The translations under genes and the position numbers were made by a program. A stretch of 64,000 nucleotides of DNA, taken from Azolla caroliniana. Its lineage: Eukaryota; Plantae; Polypodiophyta. The first letter of the stretch is position 1. Each line of letters opens with the position of its first letter. The notes beneath the pieces were generated by a model. The model had not been told where the DNA came from, ran no database searches, and worked only from the letters and a program-made list of their open reading frames with translations. Below are positions 1 through 9,404 of the stretch, one piece after another. Where the stretch lies: positions 21,700,001 through 21,764,000 of the forward strand of contig JBHGNT010000002.1 in NCBI GenBank assembly GCA_043228905.1. The letters are read 5' to 3'.

Positions 1-107
1 GTGGGAACTCTGGAGTTTTGAACACACACCATTGAGGATGATAGCCTGTATAAACATAAAAAGGGGTAACCCTAGTCGATGAGTGAATAGAGTTATTATA
101 AGCAAAT
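1..107 (-). pseudogene. Chromovirus (Tcn1-like) integrase fragment, left flank of the copia A insertion
   Basis: Joining 1-107 to 12564 onward across one CAAAT gives the minus-strand reading FLSYQQDDWVDILHFAEFAYNNSIHSSTRVTPFY, homologous to the integrase at 51300-51450. Confidence 0.85.
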
Positions 108-510
108 TGTTAGGAAACAGGTCCCTCCGGATGGGAAGTGAGAAGAACAGTGTTGATGAGCAACTCGGCAGAGGCCGAATCCAGATGTGGAGTACCTGGC
201 AACGGAAGACCTGGTGAGAACCAGATGTGGAGTACCCGGCAACGGAAGACCTGGTGAGAACCGGAAGTGGAGTACCCAGGAACGGAAGACCCGGTGAGAA
301 CCGGATGTTGCAGGCCCGGTGAGAACCTCTCATCGGATGGAAGGGACATATATGTAAATATGTTCCAGAGAGCCCACTGGGGCTATATTTCTAAATAGCC
401 CGAAAGTCATATTAGTATAAATATGACCTAGGGAAAACTTAATAGTCATGATGTAGAGTTGGTTGTATTATTATAATTGTTGCGATAATTCAGAGAATAA
501 TTATGTACAT

Positions 511-556
<46 letters not shown>

Positions 557-834
557 GAGGTCGTTGCCTCTATTGTAACCGCCTGCTGGCGTAGCGAGGG
601 AGCAAGAGGTCATTGCCTCTGTGCCCCATTGTTCTAATCTTGATATAGTGATATTTTGATGTTTGAGAGCTGTCGTGGTTTTTCCCAGATTTGGGTTTTC
701 CACTTTAACATCCAGTGCACTCTCTTTCTTTACGGTTTCGTGTGTAGATACATCTCACCACATCCCTATTTTCTGTTCTTGATCCGACGTCTCGGTTGCG
801 GCCGAGCATAGCTAAGGAAACCGTATTCCTTTCA
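108..834 (+). repeat. 5' LTR of copia A (727 bp)
   Basis: Runs TGTTAGGAAAC...CCTTTCA. Contains three 40-bp tandem units (181-300) and an (AG)n tract. Confidence 0.95.
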
Positions 835-837
835 AAT

Positions 838-849
838 TGGTATCAGAGC
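838..849 (+). promoter_or_regulatory. Primer binding site, tRNA-iMet
   Basis: TGGTATCAGAGC, 3 nt after the LTR end. Confidence 0.95.
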
Positions 850-2329
850 GAAACGACACAGAAAAATGGACGATTCGTTGGGAGGCATGTTCAAGCTCAC
901 CGGCTCCAACTATTCAGTGTGGAAGTCGAAGATAAGGGACATGCTCGTGGTTAAAGATCTTTGGTTGTCGGTTCAGTTCGGGGACAAGAGACCGGACAAA
1001 ATCGATGCCACAATATGGGAGGTGATGCACATGAAGACAACGGCGTACATACGGTGCTTCATCGACATGAGTCTATACAACAACTTCAATGAAGAGAGCA
1101 AGGCTCATGAGCTCTGGGAGAAGATCGGCATTATGTTTCAAAACAAAAATGTTGTTAATCAGGTTTTAGTATTTCGGAAGCCATTAAGACTCCGGTACCA
1201 AGATGGCTCCAGCATGGCGGAGCACATGAATGCCTTCCAGGGGTTGATACACTAGGAAACATCATTAGAAGTACCTCTCACCGATGAGGTACTAGCACTA
1301 CTCTTGCTCGGTTCCCTCCCAGATAGCTGGGACATGTTGGTCGTCACTTTGGGCAACATCGGGCCGGAAGGGAAACGGTTCTCCCTAGCAAGAGTGAAGT
1401 CGAGCTTGCTAGATGAGGAGGCGTGTGGGAGAGATAAGGATACGAGCTTCGCCTCCATAGCGTTCCTTACCGAATCGGAACGCGGAAGGCAAAGGAACCG
1501 TAGTCCCCAGAACCGGGAAAAGTCAGGGACATGGTCAAAGTCAAGGGGGAGGCCTACTTGCTTCTATTACGGCAAGCCGGGACACTTCCAGAAGAACTGT
1601 CGGCACTTCCGAAAAGACAAGGAAACCGACGGTACCGATTCAAAGCGGACACTGGACCGAAACGGTAAAGACCGGATGGGGCCGGACCGGAAGGGAACGA
1701 TGGCAATCGTGGCAAGTGAAGAAGAGTTGATGCTCATCACCGAGGAGAGTGAGCTAAACCTTGCCGGCGACGAGATGACCTGGGTGGTCGACTCCGGAGC
1801 GTCGTTCCACCTTACCCCAGACCGGAAATGCTTCTCATCCTACTCAGACGGTGATCATGGCTGTGTCCGGATGGGGAATGAAGGTACATGCCGAATTGTC
1901 GGTATAGCAGACGTGTGGTTGACAACACCAACCGGATGCAAGTTGCTGCTGAAGGATGTCCGACACGTTCCGAAGGTTCGACTGAACCTGATATCAGTCG
2001 GTCGGCTAGATGATGAAGGCTACACGGGTAGCATCCGGAACGGTGTTATGAAGTTCCGCGAAGGGAGCCTGATTGTGGCTCGGGCCCGGAAGGTCAACAC
2101 CCTGTACCTGATGAATGCCCGGTTATGCCCAGAAGAAGTGAACGTTGCTTCCGACACTGCCGGTGAGTTGTGGCACAAGAGACTGTGTCACATGAGCATG
2201 AAGGGGATGAAGAGGCTTGCAGATGACAACCTCATTCCAGTGAAGAACGTGCATCTTTAGAGGTGCACCGACTACCTACCCGGTAAACAAAACCGAACCT
2301 CCTTCCGATCGAGGACACCGATGAGACGT

Positions 2330-3006
2330 TGTCGCGATATTACGCAAGTGCGTATAGAAACGAGGCGGGACCGCGGGGGTCTTGAACCGAAGAGCAAGCG
2401 AGGGTGGAGAAAGAGAGAGGACCGGTTACGCAGGACCGGGGATACACAGGGACACGGCCCTTCAACACAGAGAACGCGAATAGATGCCGACACATGTAGA
2501 CACAAACAAATGAATATATATATATATATATGAGCAAATATCTGATCAAGAAGCTACAACCCACGATGGGGCACAGGATGGTTATAACCGAACAGGCCGG
2601 CGAACAGATGCCGATGCTTGTTCGCTGCGTCGCGCAAAGGGGAGCAGGTCGGAGGTGCTGCCGGAAGCACTCGGGCGTTCCTCGAAACAGCGCGAGCCTC
2701 CTCGAAAACCTGCACAGGAAAAGCTATGGAGAAAAAGGGAAGGAGAACAGAGAGAGAAGCGTCCAGAATCGGTCCGACGGCACTTCGTCCTCCCCCACGC
2801 GATCCTTTGTTCCTCCCCGTCCTCCTCCTTTTATCGGTCAAGAAGGAGCCGTTCGGCATTAAATTCCCACCTACCGTATCTAACCACTTCGATCCTCCTA
2901 GGTACCTAACTCGCCTCTATGTACAACTTGGCGCGCACGTGCGTGAAGAGCCGGTTCCCACGCCTTGGTGCCCCAATTCCACCCTTGGACGGTTTTCTTC
3001 ACGACA
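2330..3006 (-). repeat. 3' LTR of gypsy A
   Basis: Direct repeat of 8728-9404 with termini TGTCG...CGACA. The minus-strand PPT TAGGTGGGGGCGGA lies at 3007-3020. Confidence 0.95.
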
Positions 3007-3078
3007 TCCGCCCCCACCTAACCGCGCATCCACCGGCATGCGCCAAATTAAGTTGGGACGGAGAAAACCGGCCCGCCT

Positions 3079-6000
3079 TCACTCTTCGCCCATCGGTCCT
3101 TCCTCGGTCTCGGACCGGTCGTCGCTGCTGTCTAGGAGAACCGGGTCTGGCTCGTCGTCGTGTCGCTTCTTGAAGGCTTTGATCCTCTTTCCAGCCACGG
3201 GTATCGCCATTCTCGTGCCGTCGAGTTCCGCCAGGTGATACGTCCCGTTGTCGTTGGCGCTTTGTACCGCGTACGGCCCAAACCATCTCCGCGCGAAATT
3301 CCGTGTAGCCCGGTGCTGGTTGTCGAGGCTGCTGTTGTAGACGAGCACCCAGTCACCTTCCTCGATCTTCTTCGGTCGGAGCCGGTGCGTCCGGTCGAAC
3401 CTGGCTTTGTTCTTTGTCCTCGCCACCCGGAGCTTCTCCGCAGCCAGCTCCACGTCCTCCGGTCTCCGCTCGAGTTGTCGTATACGCGCGGCCAACAATT
3501 CCTCCCGGCTCATCTCGTCCCTCCAGTCGACCGTTGCCCATGAGGAGATCGTTCGTTCCATCGGCATGATCGGCTTCTGGCCGAACATGAGCTCCGTCGG
3601 CATGTACCCGGTTACCGAACTGTGCGTAGTCCGGTCTGCCCACAAAGCATAAGGTAGCAGCCGCGGCCAGTTACCGACTTGGCCTCCGCATGCCCGAACC
3701 AGCGCCTTGACGATCGGCCCGTGTCCGCGCTCCACCTTTCCATTCGCCTCCGGATTGTACGCAGTGGTGAGCGAGAGCTTGACTCCCAGCCGGTCGAACA
3801 GCTCCGCGGCTTCTTCGGCGTCCAACTCCCATCGGTCAGCCACGATCTTCCCGACGCACCCGTACCGGCATATCACGTCCTCGATTAGGAACCGACATAC
3901 GGCCGCGGTCGTTTTGTTCTGAAGGGATCGGCCTTCCACCTGGTTCGTCAGATCCTCCCGTGCTAGGACCAGATACCGCATCTGTCCTACCCCCGTTGGC
4001 ATCGTCACCAGATCTACCATCCATTTGAAGTGGATGGTCGGAGGGTACGTAGGGTGAAGCTCGTCCCGGTGTCGAACTACGGAGTGCATCTGACAGTTTT
4101 CGCAAGTCGTCACGAACCGACGCACGTCCCGGTACAATCCCGGCCACCAGTACTTCCCCTTTAGTTTCTCGAACGTGGCCCACGTTCCACGGTGTCCAGC
4201 CCAAGGGCTGTCGTGGTAGGCCGCCAGCAGCTCCTCCTGTTCTTCCTTCATCGCCACCACCCGGAGCGGGACGCCGCTCCTCTTCTTCGGGTGTTTCCAT
4301 AGATAGCCATCCCGGAGAAAGAACCGGTACGCTTTCTTCCGGATCCGGTTGGCCTCGTCTTTCGTCCATGACGCATCCGGCGCCATTGTCCTCAAGAACC
4401 CGCCGATCCGCAGCCACTCCCCGTCGTACTTGCTCGCGTCGAAGTCGTTAAGCGCCGGAGTGCTCGTCCCGTCTGTTGTTACGTATGCTGCCTCGAAGAA
4501 GTCCACGCCGACCTCTTCGTCCTCCGAAACCATGCCGCCCTCGTCATCGAACCTCGCCCTCGAAAGCATGTCGGCCATGGCGTTGTCTTTTCCGGAAATG
4601 TGTCGTATTTCCGGGTCCAGGGACTTGATGTACGCTATCCACCTGAGCATCGCCAGGTCCGGTGTCACGCATCCGGAAACCATGCCGAGAATTGGCAGGC
4701 AATCCGTCTCGATAATCACTTCTGTCCCGATCAGATAGTCTTTGTCGGCCTTTACCGCCGAAACGATACCCCAGAGTTCGCGTTTAACCTGGGCGTATCC
4801 TCGCTGCCGCTCACTGAGGACTTTCGCGCCGAATCGGATCGGAAACCGATTGCCGTCCTCGTCTTGTTGGTTGACGACCCACCCGATTCCGGTCGGACTC
4901 GTGTCAACCGTTATGTATACTGGGGTGCCCTTCTTGTAGATGGCCTTCCAGAGCGCCGGTGCTGCCGAAAGAGCCTCCTTCAGCTTCCGGACCGACTCCG
5001 TGTGCTCGTCAAGCCATTCGAACCTTCGCCCTTTCTTCAGCAACCCGTACAGCGGCTCCGCGACGTGTGCGTAATGCGGGATCCATATGTGGTAGAACGC
5101 GCATGCTCCCAAGAATCTTCGTACTTCCGTGACCGAGCTGAAGTCGGGCTTCATCGCGGAGATGGCTTCTACCTTTGCCGGAGACGGTTTCCGGCCATAT
5201 GGCCCACATAAGTGTCCGACCACCATGATTTCCGACTGCCCGAAGGCTGATTTCTCCCCCGAGAAGGTGAGCCTCGCATCCTCTAGCCTTTGCAGCACCT
5301 TCTCGCAGTCGTCGATGTGCGTCGCCACGAATCGTCGGCATCCGTCCGGCCCGATCGTCTCGTCCTTCTCTGCTACCGGGCATCCCTTGATCGGGATGTC
5401 GTCCAGAAACGGCATGGTGATGTCCGGGATGCAGTCCCTCAGAACCTTGTTCATCGCATTCACCATGTGGGCCACCGAGTTGGTCCCTCCTTGCGGCAGC
5501 GTACACATCCGCACTAGGCCTAGGGGAGTTCGCATCGTTGTAATGTCTCTGCTCTCCACGGCTAGCTGAAACTGGTCGTACCCTGAGTATAGATCACCGA
5601 CCGAGTAAATCGACCTTCCGGCGAAGGCCTCCGCGAACTCGTCTATGGTCGGTCCGATCCCTGCGTTCCGAATGGTCACCCTATTGACCGGTTGCAGGTC
5701 CTGAATGAAGCGCAATGATCCGTTTTTCTTTGGTACGGTAAACCATCGGTTTGAATACGGGGCGCTCGACGGCTCGAGAATGCCCATATCAACTTTCTGC
5801 TTCAACAGCTCCATCAATTTCGGGATGTGAGCTCTCGGAACCGGAATTGGCTTGAGATTCCATGGTACATGCGGTACCGTGAATATCACCATCGGCTCTA
5901 CGATCGTCGGGTCTACGCACCCGATTTCCTCCGGTGAGAATGCGAAGGCTTTCCCGTGCCTTCCGAGCATTCTCCGAAACCGGTCTTCCTCCGCCGGTAG

Positions 6001-6567
6001 TAGGAACCCGCCCCCACCGATTTTGAGCTCCCGGAGCGTCTTGTTGGTGAAGGTGTGTCCCATGCAGGCCGGATCTCGTAAACTGGGGTCCGATGCAACC
6101 CCTTTGATTCGCGACTCGCTGCCCTCCGGTAAGGGTACCGTGACTGGCCTTACCTTCCGGTCCACAGTCTTGTACTTGGTGCTTACTCGGGCCGTCCGAT
6201 CCGACTCGAGCCCCCGACCAAAGTCCGCGATGGCTTCGTACATCTCTTCTGAACATACCGGTATCGTCCGGTCTTCGTTAAGGTCTTCTTCGACTACCTT
6301 CCCCAGCATTCCCAAGGTGTCATCGAAGGAGACCGCCTTCACGGCTCCGTTGATGTCCTCGTCAGGGCCGAGAACTCCGCACGCTCGAAGTCTCCCCTCC
6401 GTCTTTGTCTTCTCTCGGCCGGCGATGCCGACTATCGTACATGCTCCGCTGTCGGAGAAGCAAAATTTCCTACCTATTGTACACGGTCTTATCGTACAGA
6501 TGTGGGGTTTTCCCGGAGCATCCGGACTGTCGCGGCCCCACGCCTTGGCAGTCCTCTCTAAAAATCC
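3079..6567 (-). CDS. Gypsy A pol (RT, RNase H, integrase), intact, entered by a -1 frameshift
   Basis: The 1087-aa ORF 3079-6342 extends without stops to 6597. Motifs: RT FIQDLQPVN...PFLDD, RH TVDTS, INT H-H-C-C and MVDLV...KVERGH. Confidence 0.9.
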   Translation of the reverse strand, partial: GFLERTAKAWGRDSPDAPGKPHICTIRPCTIGRKFCFSDSGACTIVGIAGREKTKTEGRLRACGVLGPDEDINGAVKAVSFDDTLGMLGKVVEEDLNEDRTIPVCSEEMYEAIADFGRGLESDRTARVSTKYKTVDRKVRPVTVPLPEGSESRIKGVASDPSLRDPACMGHTFTNKTLRELKIGGGGFLLPAEEDRFRRMLGRHGKAFAFSPEEIGCVDPTIVEPMVIFTVPHVPWNLKPIPVPRAHIPKLMELLKQKVDMGILEPSSAPYSNRWFTVPKKNGSLRFIQDLQPVNRVTIRNAGIGPTIDEFAEAFAGRSIYSVGDLYSGYDQFQLAVESRDITTMRTPLGLVRMCTLPQGGTNSVAHMVNAMNKVLRDCIPDITMPFLDDIPIKGCPVAEKDETIGPDGCRRFVATHIDDCEKVLQRLEDARLTFSGEKSAFGQSEIMVVGHLCGPYGRKPSPAKVEAISAMKPDFSSVTEVRRFLGACAFYHIWIPHYAHVAEPLYGLLKKGRRFEWLDEHTESVRKLKEALSAAPALWKAIYKKGTPVYITVDTSPTGIGWVVNQQDEDGNRFPIRFGAKVLSERQRGYAQVKRELWGIVSAVKADKDYLIGTEVIIETDCLPILGMVSGCVTPDLAMLRWIAYIKSLDPEIRHISGKDNAMADMLSRARFDDEGGMVSEDEEVGVDFFEAAYVTTDGTSTPALNDFDASKYDGEWLRIGGFLRTMAPDASWTKDEANRIRKKAYRFFLRDGYLWKHPKKRSGVPLRVVAMKEEQEELLAAYHDSPWAGHRGTWATFEKLKGKYWWPGLYRDVRRFVTTCENCQMHSVVRHRDELHPTYPPTIHFKWMVDLVTMPTGVGQMRYLVLAREDLTNQVEGRSLQNKTTAAVCRFLIEDVICRYGCVGKIVADRWELDAEEAAELFDRLGVKLSLTTAYNPEANGKVERGHGPIVKALVRACGGQVGNWPRLLPYALWADRTTHSSVTGYMPTELMFGQKPIMPMERTISSWATVDWRDEMSREELLAARIRQLERRPEDVELAAEKLRVARTKNKARFDRTHRLRPKKIEEGDWVLVYNSSLDNQHRATRNFARRWFGPYAVQSANDNGTYHLAELDGTRMAIPVAGKRIKAFKKRHDDEPDPVLLDSSDDRSETEEGPMGEE

Positions 6568-8684
6568 TCTCGGTTTTCGGAACCGAGGGAGTCGCGGTTA
6601 CGTTCGTGGTTCGGTCGTACCGTCAGAAACTGGACCGAACGGCGCCCGTCCTGGCTTTTGACCCTTGCATAGGCCGAACCGTTGTTCAGCACCTTGGTCT
6701 CCATTCGCGCCGCCGTGATGTACGGCTCTCCCAATATTACCGGATGCGAGGACGTCTCCTGTACGAAGAAGTGCTGGTCAATCTCGACGTCGCCGATCTT
6801 GACCCGTACGTTCGGGCAGGCCCCGTGCAGTTCCTCGGTGGCGCGCGTCGCCGCCCGTATCTTCCACCCGTGCTTGGTGTTGATCGGCCATTTGCCCTTC
6901 TTGTAGAAGTCCATGGACATTAGGTTGATCTCCGAACCGTGGTCCACCAAAGCTACCACCGGTTCCTGGACATCTCCGATCTTCACCGGGGTTTCCGTGG
7001 TCGCTCGGGCCCAGTGTGGCCTCGAATAGTGGCTCTCCGCCAACTCATCTTCCAGCGACATGTCGTCTAGGTGCGTCGTCCGCACCTCTACCGGTCTTTC
7101 CGGTTCTACCTCCGTTGACAGCCTCTTCCGCTTCACCAAGTCCACGATGGAGTCGTGGAACTCCTTCCTGGCGATTCCTAGCACTTCCCGTAATGATAGC
7201 TCCACCTTGCTGTCGAGGATCCGTTCTTCTAGGACCTTCCGCAGGTCCGTGGTCCTCTCTATTTCCGTCCCCAGTCGGTATCCGCCCTTCCTGGGGTTAT
7301 CTTGCGCACTGGACCCGCCGGCCTCGTTCCGTCGTTGCCCGAACCGGGTCTCGTATCGTTGTGAGGGCCCGGTCGTTCCAGTTTTCCCCACCCGCTTCTC
7401 TTCTACCAGAGCCTCGTAGTTCTGGCAGGCGGCTTCCACGAAGCCCGTCTTTTCCTCGACCGGGTCGCTCCACCCGGTTATCTCCCGGACCCGTTTCTCC
7501 GCGCGGTCCGCTTCGTCCCCTTTCAGCCGCGTACCGGCGAGGCCTTCCAGCATCGCCGACCAGAATCCGGCTTTGCTTTCCTTTCGGGCCTCGCTGCCCC
7601 CGACCCGAATGCCGGCCGACGCCGAGTAATGGACGGTTTCCGCATGTCGGGCCGCCGCCTCTTCCATCAGTCTCTTCATTCCTCCTCGCCCGTCGTTTCG
7701 GTTTAGGGCCCTTCTAGTGTCGCTGGCGTGCACCCGGCCTTCCCACAGGTACACCACCCGGTCCTTCAGCGCCTCTGCGAAATCGCCGCAGTCCTTCCGA
7801 ATGTGGCCGACCTCGTCGCACCACATGCATCTGTTTCCCGCTGCCGTCCGTCGGTCGCGAGCCGGTTCGCCGCCTTCCCTGCGGGCTTGTGCAATTTGGA
7901 GGTCCTTTATCGCCCTCGTCAATTCCTCCAGCGCAGCTCCTCCGGTCGAGCCTCTGATCACGCCGGTCGAAGCTGAACCGGTTTCCAGCCACTCCCGGGT
8001 CTCTCCCTTTCGCACCGGCTGCGCCGGTTCAAGCTTCCTTGCTGCGCCCGAGCCCGACCCGGTCGCCCCGTTATCCGCCCATTCTCGCCGTTTGTCGAAA
8101 CGGCCGCAGGCTCTCTTAACCGCCGCCCAGTCGGTCGTTAGCCCGTCTTCGGTTTCCAACAGGGCGCCCACGTGATCCCGATCCCGCTCGTCCACCGACT
8201 TGACGAACAGTAGGACCCGGCTTGTATCCAGGATCGTTCGGTCAAGCATCGAAAGGCGCGCAAAGTTTTCCTCAAATTCCCGGAGGAGCGCCGACGCGTT
8301 TCTTCCCTTCCCGGGGGACTCCACCCATTCCATGAAGCTTCGTTTCGAAAGCCGGAGCGCGTCGTCCAGCCCGTATTTCTCTAGGAGCCGACCTTCGAAC
8401 TCCTCCTAGGTACGGCTCTCCGCCCGCACCTCGAGCACCTCCGCATGGATGCTCGGCATCGCCACTCGAGGAAATCCGGCAAGACGCCTTTCTTCCGGAA
8501 TGTCCCGCATCAGCATCTCTGCACCGAAGGACGCCAAGTACTTCGTGGCATCCTTTCCGCTGAATCGGCCGATTGTACCGACGACCGCCTCAATCGCTCT
8601 GTCGAGGGCGCCGAAGCCCTCGCGTGCGTTTACTAACCGGTCAACGGCCGAAGCCATGGCCTCTGCAAGATCCGATCCCCTCAT
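6558..8684 (-). pseudogene. Gypsy A gag-protease with one premature stop
   Basis: ATG at 8684 (MRGSDLAE). TAG at 8406-8408 where the sister copy has TGG. CCHC knuckle CMWCDEVGHIRKDC; protease ALVDHGSEINLM. Confidence 0.9.
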
Positions 8685-8706
8685 TTCCTGTTCTTCTGCC
8701 GCCTCT

Positions 8707-8724
8707 TTCACGTCAGGTTCACCA
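8707..8724 (-). promoter_or_regulatory. PBS complementary to the tRNA-Trp 3' end
   Basis: TGGTGAACCTGACGTGAA. The sister copy has TGGTGAACCCGACGTGAA, the complement of the plant tRNA-Trp end (..TTCACGTCGGGTTCACCA, recalled). Confidence 0.85.
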
Positions 8725-8727
8725 AGA

Positions 8728-9404
8728 TGTCGCGATATTACGCAAGTGCGTATAGAAACGAGGCGGGACCGCGGGGGTCTTGAACCGAAGAGCAAGCGAG
8801 GGTGGAGAAAGAGAGAGGACCGGTTACGCAGGACCAGGGATACACAGGGACACGGCCCTTCAACACAGAGAACGCGAATAGATGCCGACACAGGTAGACA
8901 CAAACAAATGAATATATATATATATATATGAGCAAATATCTGATCAAGAAGCTACAACCCGCGATGGGGCACAGGATGGTTACAACCGAACAGGCCGGCG
9001 AACAGATGCCGATGCCTGTTCGCTGCGTTGCGCAAAGGGGAGCAGGTCGGAGGTGCTGCCGGAAGCACTCGGGCGTTCCTCGAAACAGCGCGAGCCTCCT
9101 CGAAAACCTGCACAGGAAAAGCTATGGAGAAAAAGGGAAGGAGAACAGAGAGAGAAGCGTCCCGAATCGGTCCGACGGCACTTCGTCCTCCCCCACGCGA
9201 TCCTTTGTTCCTCCCCGTCCTCCTCCTTTTATCGGTCAAGAAGGAGCCGTTCGGCATTAAATTCCCACCTACCGTATCTAACCACTTCGATCCTCCTAGG
9301 TACCTAACTCGCCTCTATGTACAACTTGGCGCGCTCGTGCGTGAAGATCCGGTTCCCACGCCTTGGTGCCCCAATTCCACCCTTGGACGATTTTCTTCAC
9401 GACA
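8728..9404 (-). repeat. 5' LTR of gypsy A
   Basis: Direct repeat of 2330-3006. Confidence 0.95.

Larger units (their letters stand above)
2330..9404 (-). mobile_element. Ty3/gypsy non-chromovirus element A (tRNA-Trp primed), full length
   Basis: 677-bp LTRs at 2330-3006 and 8728-9404 with about 10 substitutions counted by eye; 4-bp TSD ACGT/ACAT; PBS, PPT; order gag-PR then RT-RH-INT. Confidence 0.97.

Noticed and set aside
181-300. Regular 40-bp repeats resembling a CRISPR array
   Set aside because: The units are head-to-tail with no unique spacers, lie inside LTRs, and no cas genes are present in this eukaryotic context.
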